Below, in pieces: positions 11,601 through 23,600 of a DNA stretch of 37,299 nucleotides (position 1 is its first letter; every line of letters begins with the position of its first letter). Source of the DNA: Aplysia californica (taxonomy: Eukaryota); contig NW_004797288.1 in NCBI RefSeq assembly GCF_000002075.1, positions 2,629,328-2,666,626 of the forward strand, written 5' to 3'. The notes under the pieces are model-generated. The model searched no databases and had not been told where the DNA came from. It was given only the letters and a program-made list of their open reading frames with translations. Made by a program: the position numbers and the translations under genes.

Positions 11601-14600
11601 ACAATAACAAAAAAACTCCCAAAATGAATTAACAATAGGACAGTGAAAAATTGATGACAACGATGTTCAGTGAGATGTCCTTTTTTATGGGACCTTGCTT
11701 CAATATCTGTTTTAATTAAAATGTAGCCAGATGAAATAGAAATTGCATTGTGAATTGTAATTTACGGTTACGGCCAGTTTGTTTCAAATTCTTTTCCTAC
11801 TTCTGTTTGCTATGATAGTTTTATGGCATTATGACAATGCATGGGGTGATTAATTATGTTCTTATGTTCACAGGTGAAGAAAGACCTGCACTCAAGCATT
11901 GTTAAGGATGTCACAAAGCATACAGACAAGCTCCTGAAGAAAAGTTTTTCTCGCTCTCGCTCGGAGAGCCATGATATTGAGTTTCGTTTCTGCAATGTGA
12001 AGGGTGAGACAGGTAAGGAAAAATGAAAGCAATACAGTTTTGTGAAAGGGGATAAGGCAAAGCACAAACTGTGTACTCTCTGAGGTTACACATGAGGTTA
12101 ACTGCTATCCGAGACTACATATGAAATTAACACTGACTTTGAAGTTGTGACAAATTCTGGGTCGCATTTTGTTATTACTGAAACTATTTTTAAATCTTGT
12201 ATGTTCACATTATGTTGTCTCCTCCCTGTCAGGAAATGTCGTACAGTTTCCTACTAAATGGGTTATGGCTACCTGATATTACTCTTCTTGTTTGTGAAGA
12301 ACGCCACAGCGCCTGTGGTTTAATGATAAGGCATTTTGCCGTGGCATGCAGGAGATCGGGGTTTGATTTCCAGGTGTGGGCATTTATATCAAGTATCTTG
12401 GTTTTTCTGCTGGGATGTTGTACCCCTCTCAGCCTGTAAGCACAATGTAAGCCGGCCTTCTAAATAATTTATAATTTGTATTGATGGGGGGCATGAAATG
12501 GCCTTGACTTTTAATATACATTTTTTTGGGGGGGAGGGGGGGCAGTTTTGTTAAGCAGGCAGCTTCACCACTTAATCATAGTGCAGTGAAATGGTTTTTC
12601 TCCTGCATGTTACCAAAACAGTGTTGGGTACTTTTCCTTCTTCCAGGCTCCATCCTTCATAAGGGAATCACCTGCGACCATTGTGACCTGGAGATTGTCG
12701 GTGTGAGGTACAAGTGCGGGTAAGTTTGTGTCACACATGCCATAGCTGCCAACATTTGCACGGAAATCACATTTTAGCTATAACAGGTCTTAAATTGTTT
12801 TTGTTGAGTTTTAGTGTCTGCTTTAATGTTTTTCTAAGTTTTTAATGATGTGCCTAGCTTTTTTAATTTGTCTACCTATCATTTTAAGAAAAAATGGAGA
12901 ATTCAGTTCCCATATTTCACTGAGGAATCTAGTTCCTTGCTGGTATGTTTTATTGTTGTGGTTTTTTTTTTGGGGGGTGGGGGGATGTTGTTTTTGATTA
13001 GAGGGAAAGACCACCCTGTTTTGTAACTTATTTTTAAATTTTTAGCGGTATGAAAATCACAGTTATTTGAAGTATGAAATGGCAAGCCTTTAGGATTATG
13101 TGACAACTTTTCTGAGATTTAAATTGCTGGCCAGTTTCCTAAAAATCTTTTTTAAAATGGGAGTAAACTTGTTTGAGAGTATATTGTCGTGGTCACCTTG
13201 AGTATGCACCACTGGAACTCACAGTGGCACAGAGGAACCTTTTCCTAATGGTCTTGTTGTGGAATTGTTTTGTTGTGGGCATGTGATTGTTGAGCTGAGA
13301 TAGCTCTAGTCTAAAGTAGGAAGCATTCATTCAGTATTTCCTGGGAGACCTTTTGTGTACAGTATGATATTCCGAAACCTACGTGTTGTAGGACAGGCGG
13401 TCCTAAGTTGGGAGTCCTTGCAATATGAATTGGGTTTGAGAACTTTTCGCTTCTTATGTGTCCTAATTTATCAGCATATGGTCATATGATGTACAGAAAG
13501 TCAATGGTATATCAGTGCATAACATGGAAATAGTTACGGCTTTGACAACCGACACCATCCCTCCGCCCCTCTTATTGCAGGTCGGCATTAGCTGTAGGTC
13601 TAACTATCTCTCATACAAATTGCACAATACAGAAAAGAGTGTAGGGATCAAGTTCATTTTGTGATTGGCAAAAAACGTTTCTTTTTTCCCCAGGAACTGT
13701 GCTGACTTTGACCTTTGTGAAAAGTGTGAAAACAGCGAGTTTGTTCATGACCCAACCCATGTGTTCTTGAAGTTGCGGAAACCTGCTCGCAAAGCAGGCT
13801 GTGTTGGCAAAGAGAGGCTGCCTCTTCTAAGGGAGAACATCTATGAGGCAGAGAGGGATTGGGAAGAGAAACGGAAGGAGAAAGAGGAGAAGATGAAAGC
13901 CAAAGATGAAAGGAAGAAAGAAAAGGAAGAGAGGAAGAGAGAAAAGAAAGAAAGGAAGAGGTTGGCTGCAGAGGAAAAAGGCAACAGCATTGCCAAGAAA
14001 AATCTGTGAGTGTTGAGCCATTCAGTGCTATACAAGAGCAAGAAGTTTTCATTTTAGTGTTTGAATTTGTGTAATGGTCTTATTGTTTTAATAGAATTAC
14101 AAATTGCCATTTTTTTTCAAATGTTAACTTTTATTAGTAGCGCATAATGCTCTAAAAAAATTCTGTATACTTTAAAGTACTGATAGGATCCACCCTTATC
14201 TTTTTCAAGTATTTGTTTATTTGTTTCCTTACCACTGTAGTGTCTGTCTGTCTGTCTTGCTGGGGGGGGTCCTTTTTTGGCTTCCAATGACCATTTTATA
14301 TTCTCTTTTTTGAAACTTTCAATATTTGTTGTACATACACACATTCCTAGAAATTATACTGAAATAATGTTTTTCTTGATACCCACTTGCAGAGACGATG
14401 TAGTGAAAGCTTTGGAGACTCTGAGCCCTGATCTAGAGGAGAAGCAGAGAGAGAGGCCCGCCCAGTGGGCCACACCCTATGAAAGTTTTCCTCTCAATGT
14501 GAGTTTAGGCTTATAATGATATTGTAATACATTTGATATGTTCCTTCAAGGCAGTTCCTTTTTTTTAGTTGTAAAATCTCAGTATGTTGTACCCTTGCGG

Positions 14601-17600
14601 GACTTTTAACTGTATCTGCTGTAGTTAAGGTTTTCAAAGGAAGCTGTTTTTGAACTTTGAATATGGATGGTTGGCGGGTGCTCTGGAGCGGTTTGCTCCT
14701 TCTTTCCTATCAAACATCTATCATCCTTATCGCTCTTCCTTTTATTTTATGTTTGTTACACTCTTGTAACACCTCTAATCTTCGGCACTTATATGACGTT
14801 ATTGTGTTGCGAGTGCCGTAAAACTCTTACTAAACCCAAACTTTGAATAAGACAATTTTACCTGTTGGTAGAGTGTCCAGTTTGTTGGGATAAAGTTTTA
14901 ACCAGCAGCAAGATTTTGCATTCTGTAATTTTTATTTTACCTCACCATTTGATCCAAGATGTCAGTTGAGTTTGAGTCTGGGTATGAACTATTTCAAATT
15001 GTTGTGGTCAAATAATATCCATATATATGAATGTTTCTGCTCTTCATTGTGGTAGATTTATAATCTGCACAATAGTTTTATTTTTCACACTCAAGTTGAC
15101 TATTTTTGCCATGACACTGTGGAATTGGACGTTTGTCAATTTTTGGGCATTTGGAAATATTGATATATTCTTAAAGCCTGTTCATTTGCCTTGCTTTTGG
15201 CGAAAAAAATACTGATGTATTTTGAATAGAAATCGCTATATTTGTTATTGGAGTAGGTGGGAATTGCCTTATGACAGAGGTAAATTAAGCAAGAAAATGG
15301 TGGCCGAAGTTTGGGGACTTCTAAGCTTGGGTGTCATTGGAAACGGGAAATTTACATTTTTTGTTCTTTTGATCAATGATTTTTTTTAGTACAATCCTTA
15401 GAGAAATGAGATTTTCACTGGACATAGAAGCCCAAAAACTAAAAAAAATTAAAAATTGCCCAACGACCAGAAAAATGCTGGTTTACTTCTTTTAATTATT
15501 TTGACGATCATCTGATTTCACCACGCTGCCTCACATGTTGTTCAGATGTCAAAGATGTTAACTAAAAATTAACTGTTTGTGCATTATCTTTATCTAATTG
15601 GCACAGAGTTGAAAAAAAAACTATCTTGTTATCCTGAAGAGCAGTTTTGTTTATCTTCTTTTCAATTTTTTGTTTGTTTTTATTTTTCAGATTTCTTCAC
15701 CTGCAGATGGGCAAGAAGTGTTTGATGTGTGGCAAGAGAGAGAGAAGACAGGCATGATAGAGGCAGTAGAAGGGGTATGTCATACTGCCACAACCGGATG
15801 TCCTGACCCTGTGTTATTCCTATATATGGGCTAGTTGTTAAGTGGGCTGCTGTTCACTGCTTCTCCCCCCACCCCCACCCGTATTGATACTGGTGTCTCA
15901 CTTGCATGTGTTGTAGTAGTTAGCTGTTAAAAGATACGAGGTTGTGAACCGATGAGCTCTCGCTCTATTTTTTTGCCAGATATTTAAATAGAAAGTATGA
16001 TGTCATAATTTAACGGAAAAGGGGATTGTCATGAAGAAAGAACTAACAAAAAAACCCCTTACTGGCAAAGTTTTTTGGGTTTTTGTTTGGCGGTTTTTTA
16101 AAATGTCTTTTTGCATTCCTCTTTTCTATTGGCTTTCAGATGATCAATGATTGTACTCGCCGCAGAACGCTGTCCACTGAGGCTGTAGATGGGGATGATC
16201 CTGATTTTTGCCCCAGTAAGTGAGAAAACTCTTTTGTTTTTAAATGTGTAGAGAAAGTGCTTTTAGTTGGGTTTTTATGCACAAGATCTCGTTTTGTTCT
16301 TTCTTGTCCCAAGAGAGTAGGTTCTAAATTCTAGTATCAGGGGTGAGAAAAACAACAACACAGGAGTCCCCAAGTTATCTTTTCGTTTTGACCAAACGAA
16401 TGTACTGTTGAAGTAGGTCTAAACTGTATTTTTGTTGGTTTTATTGAGGGAACACATTACCTGTGAGAAGCAGCATGTTACTTGGAGTCAAATTTGAGTT
16501 TGTATACAGTTTTGCTTTTCATTTCTTTCTGGATAGATTATTTTGCAGTTGTGATCTCCCATTGTTAACAAGGCTATATTTGTGAAGACCGGAATGTTGA
16601 CAGTTTGATATTTTATTTCCATCTGAAACTTGAGATGCTCACACCCTTATGTTAAATGCTCTTGCCCTTTGTAAATACCTTCTGTGTGAGGCAGTACTAG
16701 CCACTCAGTTGCATTCTTATTTATAAATGGGGGAGATTTTTGATTTTTTAAAAAGATACACTCGGGGAGAGGGGAGGGCTGGATGCAACACCAGAGGACA
16801 AAAAACTGAAATTGGAAGCATATTTTTAATATTTAGAATTTTGATTACTACCACAACTCTCTACAAAGTAAAGTGCGCGTTGGTGTATACACTTGTGTGG
16901 AATCATGATCCATCACAACTTGTAAGCGTGTTCTGAACTTAGGGGCCTAAGTGTTCTCGTTTCATTGGATGGGTGACAGTAAATTATATCTCTATATTTT
17001 AGCTTTCTGTTCAGGATTCGCACATTTTCAGTTTCACTGCATCTTGCCCTCCCACAGTTCTTACACCCCTCACACTGAATAGGTCTACTTGAGCTGTTCA
17101 AGTTATAACTCTATTCTTAGTTTGAGCAATAACTTTTGTCTTTCACATTTATTATATATGATATAAGTCATGACACCAGACTGGTTCATGACAGTCGATA
17201 TTCTGGTCTAGGCCTCTTCTCAGGCTCAAGACAAGATGCATTTTTATATAGTTTATATATATGCAGACGAATATGATGAAGGGAAAATATGAATAAGTCG
17301 CAAAAGATCCCAGTGTGCCACCACTTTCTGTACATAATCAAGATTGTAAATATTTGGTATGTGAATCTTACTTGAAATTATCTTCCCAACCCTCAAATTG
17401 GTTTGAAGTAATCTTGCTTTGATAAATTGATGGTTTTTCTTTCAGCATTTTAGGGTTCAAAAGTAAAATAATAATGGGTGTCTTGCATAAATGGGCTGCT
17501 GTCGCGATCACCCGGAAAGTTCCCCCTTTTTAAAAATTCTGAGTTGAGACCCGTGCATTACCTTCTCGTTTTGTCATCACCTTTATATATTGTTATTACC

Positions 17601-20600
17601 TTTTCATTTGTTTTACAGTCCAGAGGAAACGGTTAGCGAGTGACTCTTCTGGAAGCAGCATTGTTCGTCTATCACCACCCCTGCCCGTCATTATTTCTGA
17701 AACTCCTGCCCGCTCTGAACTTGTTGTCAATGTGGTCTCCCTTCCTTCAGAGGGCAACGGTCAGGAGGAGACCGAGTCTGAGGAGGTGGAGCAAAAACTG
17801 CCACTGCTGCCTAACTTGACAGGTTTGTGGATACCGTTGTTTACTATAACTTTCTAGGAAATGCTTACATAGGCATGTGGCCCCACCCGGGGCATAGGCA
17901 GCTGACAAGAGCTCTCCATGCATGGCTTCAGGTTCAATTTCTCCATCTGTCCTCAAATATCGTCGCGGTGCTGCCATTATGTTGTAAGTCAGACTTGAGC
18001 CATTATTATGGAATGTAACTATTTTTTAATTCCCCTCTTCATAGTGGATTATTTGGTATTCAAATTTTTTTAAAGTGGCGGGCAGTTATCCTTTGTAGAC
18101 ATTTCCATTTTTTCTGATAAAGTATATTATGAATCAACAAATCAGACGTTCACGTTTATCTTAGAAATGAGAAGAAAAAAAGAAAAAAAAAGAAGAGTTA
18201 GACTATACATGGCAACACTATGACAATACGCCACAACCCCTTTGTTTCCCATTCCATCTCTTGCCGCAATGTGTTCTTTAGTTGGTCTCTCTTTCTTTTT
18301 CGTTGCGGATACTAGCTTTGAGTTTGCCTTTTGATGGTGGCTGTTGGCCTTAAGAGCAGGTGACCAATTCATGTCCATTGTTTTTTTAGGGTTACTGTTT
18401 CTACCTAAGAAATAGCTGTGTGGAAATTTCAGATTTGCTAAGATAAAATGTGTCGGGCTCTTTATTTCAACACAGGCACTGCTTTGTTTCTTCTGTTATG
18501 AAGTTGATGTTGATATCACTTTTCGTTGGTTGTTGGTGGGTGCTCTGGTGTGGTTTGCTCCCTCTTTCCTATCAAACACCTGTCGTCCTTATCTCTCCTC
18601 CTATTTTTTTAGTACGATACTGTCCTGTAACGTCTATTTTTTGGCACTTATATGACTTTATTGTGTTGCAAGTGCCGTAAAACTCTTACTAAAACTAACG
18701 TTTTTTTTTCTTAGTTGCAATCCTGAAAGGTTAGGAAATTATAAAACCATAAGAATTGTCTTTGACAGATTTGGTTGCTTCAAGATTTTTAAAATAATCT
18801 TTTGAGTGGCTGATATTGTAGATGTACATGATGTAGAAGTAGTGTGTGTGCAGTTCTTTGTCCTTGTCTCTCTCTTTTTCCTCATCCTTTTATTTGCATA
18901 TTACCATCTCCAATCTTTGGCTTTTATATGACCTATTTGTGTTGCAAGTGCCGTAAAACTCTAGGGAAAGTTATATTATCAAGTGTCTATCTTTCTGCCA
19001 GTTTGCTGTATCTTTCTCAGCTTGGGTTGTCCCTCGAAGACAGGATCAAAACAGCCTGTTTAAATTATCTAAGTTATGTCAACGTGAGCATAATCTTCAC
19101 GTATTTATTATCTTTGAGTGATTTGGTTGTACTGATTTTAATCTGTTGTTACAATGGGGTTCTGCTTACCTTATTGTGGGTGATTGTTGTGGTTTGCTCC
19201 TTCTTCCTTATTAATCATCTACTGTCCCTATCTCTCCTCCTTTTTTGTGTTTGTTGCTCTCTTTTAACACCTTTAATCCTCAGCATTTCCTAATTGTGTT
19301 TGCAAGTGCTGTAACACTCTTACTAAATCAAAAAACAAACTTTCCATATTCACTAATGGTTTGTTTTTCTGTTATTCCTCCTTTCTAGATGAGCCCAAGG
19401 TTGATAACGACGTGGATTCCATGAAGGGACAAGTAGCGAGTTCTGCCGGCCATTGGGATGATGACGACGATGATGCTCACTCTTTTGTCAGTGGGAGTTC
19501 CTATGAGTACTTCCATTCTGATGACAGTGAAGAATTTTGCATCCTGACTCCGCCTGCGCATGAAGATTATGAAGAGATAGTGAAGGTAATTTATGAGTCG
19601 CCACATTGTTGAAAATTGTGTGTAAAAGCAAAGTGTAAGAAATTTTTGATGATGCCATGTTAGTGGTCAATTGAAATGCGATATAGCAAAGGGAATGACA
19701 GGACAATTGGACAAGTTTTAGTTTTAGCTCTAATGTTAACTGATTTGAATATAGGTTTCATGATGTGGTAGTTTTTCTCTGAAATATCTTTCGCAAGTAT
19801 AGGAAGTACATTTGTCCTTTTTCTTTTCCCACGTTACAGGATGAAGCAGAGGAGCTGATGATGGCTGCTGAGAAAGAGGCTGGGACAAGTGTCCCTAGTG
19901 TGGAAGAGGAGAAAGAGAAGGTCTGCGAGGACTCTGCGGAGGTGGTTGACACGACAGATGAGGCGAAGACTCCAGGCAATGCCGAGGAGCAACAGCAGCA
20001 GGGAGTGGGGGAGGAATTGGTGGAGGTCGTTTCCAGGGGAGAGGATGAGAATAACAATGAGGAGCAGAACAACAACGAGGAGGTGGAAGACATTGAGGAG
20101 GAGGAAGACACTGATGAGGAAAATGATGAAATTCGGATGAAACTGATACAGGAGGCATTTGAGAGTCCGGAGTATAGTTCTGACATGCGCTTTGCTGAGC
20201 TGGTTCATAGCCTTACGGAAGAAGAGAAGAAGCTGTACCAACAAATGCTGCGGACTGAACTGGACAAGGAGAAACAGACAGAGGAGGAGAAACAAATGGG
20301 GCAGGAGAAGCGGGAGGTGATTGAGGAAAGGTTAGAAGAGGACAGGTCGAAGAAATTGAAGACAAGGGAGAGAGAGAGGCTGAGGGAAAGGAAGCTGCTC
20401 CAGAGGAAGAGGATGCAAATGTTGAGAGAGGAGGACTACAAGGAGATTCTGGAGGTGAAGGCCATGCAGGCGTCCCTGGTGAACAAGCAGCTGGAGGAAA
20501 ACGGAGTCGTGGCCGGGGCCGGGGCCGAACAGGTCAAGGCTGGAAGTGAGAAGGCACAGGTGCAGAAGCAGGAAGAGAAGGAGCCAATGGCAAAGAATGC

Positions 20601-23600
20601 GTTCAGAGCGCTGGGCCCGGAGGAGCAGAAGAGTTATGTCCTGAAGAGGGTCAAGGGGAATCCAGCTGTCTGCAGGTGAGTGGTGCAGTGAATGTTTGTT
20701 GTCATATATGGGTTCGTGTATATGTGTGTTCGTTTTTTTCTCTATGTGGGTGGGTTGGAGGGATGTTCTGGTGTGCTCTACTCCTTCTTTCCTATCAAAC
20801 ATCTATCATCATTATTTCTTCTCTTTTTTCTCTGTATGTTACTGTCGTGTAACACCTCTAATCGTCGGCACTAATATAACCTAATTGTGTTGCAAGTGCC
20901 GAAAAACTTACTAAAACCAAACTTTTCCTCTATCAACAAGTTGTAGATCATGTATCAGACAGGCGTCTTTGAATCTGCCTGTCAGGCCAGCGTGGGTTGT
21001 TTGGGATACATTCCTGCAGAAAGATGGAGATGTGTCTACCCCACATAGGATTCCTTTGTGTACGAGGGGAAGAGACCAACCTTTTTTGCACAGATACTGA
21101 TGTGTTGTAGTATATTTTTAGGTCTGCTTTTATTGTGCTTCTTATTGTTGAAGAGCATTATGAGGTCCATAGGCAGTCTGTACCATTCTACTTCTCCGGT
21201 ATAAGTTAAGAGAGAGAGAGAGACTTATTATGTAACTTGGTTCTTTTTTTCCCTTTTATCATGTTTAGGCACTTCCTTAGTTTCTTTTGTAACTTCCTGT
21301 GCAAAAATTTGATTATTGTAGATTTCTTGCAGATGCCTTTTGTTTCAGAACTACAATTAGAATAAATATTTTCAGTTTTGTAGATCAGTCTTGTGTGATT
21401 ATATTGAATACCTTTGACAGAACAATGGATGCGTGCTTGCACTAATATATGTATGGCTATTTGTGTGCAATGTGCTGTACTTTGCAATTATTCGTTTTGT
21501 TTAGAAAATGTGAAGTACCAAGATTTGTTGGGTTGAAGCTCTGTATGAGAAGACAGGATTGTTACTCTTATTATTATTACTGTTATTATTTTTTTAATGA
21601 TTATTGTTATCGTTTATGTTATTTTATTAAAATTATTAATTTTATGTCTTTGTTATATTTTCTGCTGCTGTGCAGAAACATTATCCTAGAAAATATTACT
21701 TGTATTGTTTGGACAACTAGCCACTGGTGCCTATCAGATAGGAATGGGATTGGGCTGTCTGACAAAATTATTTTCGATATTCTTCAGTGTTGTCATTTCT
21801 TTTTTTTGTTGTTGTTGCTGGGGACAAAGTGTTATAAGACATTCTCATTGCTGCTTTGTCTTTTTGTTTCGCAGGAATCACCACCTGAATCAGATGTTGG
21901 AGCTCGAGGTTCAGAAATTTGCCGCATTGGACGCCGGTGACCACGAGGCCGTGGCCGACATTGAGCGTCGCCTCCGGGAGCTTGACCGCCAGAAGTACAT
22001 AGACACCACCAGAATGTTGGAGGAGAGGATCCGACAGCAGATTGCAGGTAGCTCTTTGTCAGATGATGCTGAATTGGAGGAGCAGAACCCAGCTGCTGTC
22101 AGCGGCAGCGTTTCACGGCAGACGTCAGTGGCTTCAAGCAGTGGACAGTCGGAGAAGACCGATTCGAGTTCAGTGACCTCTGTGACGACTGTGCGGGATG
22201 TTGATTGCCAGACGTAAGTCACTGGGTCCTTGGGATTTTTAAAATCATTTTGATGTAAAATGTGGTTTCTTCCCTATTTGCCCTTTTTAAAAAAAGAGTG
22301 TAGTTAGGGGATGAATCATTAACTCACCCGGCCCTAACGCCGATAATATTGATATGCACGGGCAATGCTCCAACCCTAACGTCGACAGTACCGGTATGGA
22401 AAATTTCGCTCTCGTGACCAAAAACACTACTTTTGTGTGAAGCAGATTGTAGTCTAATTGGAAGAGTAACCATTTTTCAGTCAAGACAGACTATGACCCT
22501 ACGAGAAGTGCAAGCTCAAATTTAGAGCAAAAAAAGCTATATTCATGAACCATGTGATGGGGTGCGAAATTTGAACGTACTTCCTTTCTTTGATTTTTGT
22601 TTACTTTTTGACTCTGAATATAGACCTCTTTCCTCGGAGTATTGCATAAAAACCATGACATATTTTGTCTTGAAATGTTCAATACACACAAGTAAAGCTT
22701 TTAATAAAATGTGTCCCAAATTTGGGTAGGATATTTTAAAATTTAGTATTTTTTTCAATTTTTCAAAAAGTGGTAAAAATCTGTAGGAAGAGTTGACAAC
22801 CGGAAGTGTAGGCCTGGGTTTGAGTGAGTTAAAGGAATAGTACTACTTTTGACAGCATGTGGGCATAAAAACTGCCTATTTTGAACTGCTCTTAGCGGAT
22901 TCTGATTGCTTGCATGAAAGTTTAAAATCTTGCTCAGGACTACATTTTTCATTATTTGTGTGCATATTGTAGAGTGCGCTCAAGGAAAATTTTTTAAATT
23001 CTCATTGGAATTTCATATGGATTACTTTATTTGGTTTTGTGCAAACTCGTATATTCAGTTTAGTTGATAGGTTAACTCTTTGGGCCAGGAGTATTTTTTG
23101 GCCCCGGGTCCCTGTTTTCCAAAAATTCTTGCTGGAGTATTTCAAGACTTCATACTGATCAGTCTAATTAAGACGTGTGCTTCATCTTTGTAAGGTCTCA
23201 CCTTCCTTACTTTTGCTCTGCTCTTTTGTTTCCCTTTGTTTTATATCTCAACTCCACACGAAGACTTTCACACGAGTGTACTTATCTCTTGCACCCAATT
23301 TTTCTGTCTTGTTACGTCAATCCCAATGTGCATGTGTGTTCCCCTCTCACTGACACATATGCTGGCAACATGATAACAAAGACGTCCATTGTGATCGTTA
23401 GGGTGATTTTTGAAGACGCTCTGTTTTGGGGCACCTGAGAATATTAGCATGGTTTTGTTATTCATAAAGAATTTGCAGTTCTATTTTTTTCCTTTGAAAA
23501 CAAAGGGGCGGGCAACAATCTGTATACCCTGAAATATGCAAGTTCATGTTTCTGATTTGTGTATGATGGTTTGAAGTGTGCTGCAACATTGCCACTGGTC

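Noticed and set aside
12309-12380. tRNA gene (also 24730-24800 and 31090-31168)
   Set aside because: Only degenerate A/B boxes without a full cloverleaf; they continue into SINE bodies
18450-19293. Hydrophobic ORFs, with similar peptides recurring at 20692, 23744, 32181 and 32448
   Set aside because: Translations of family-A retroposon copies and T-rich intron DNA
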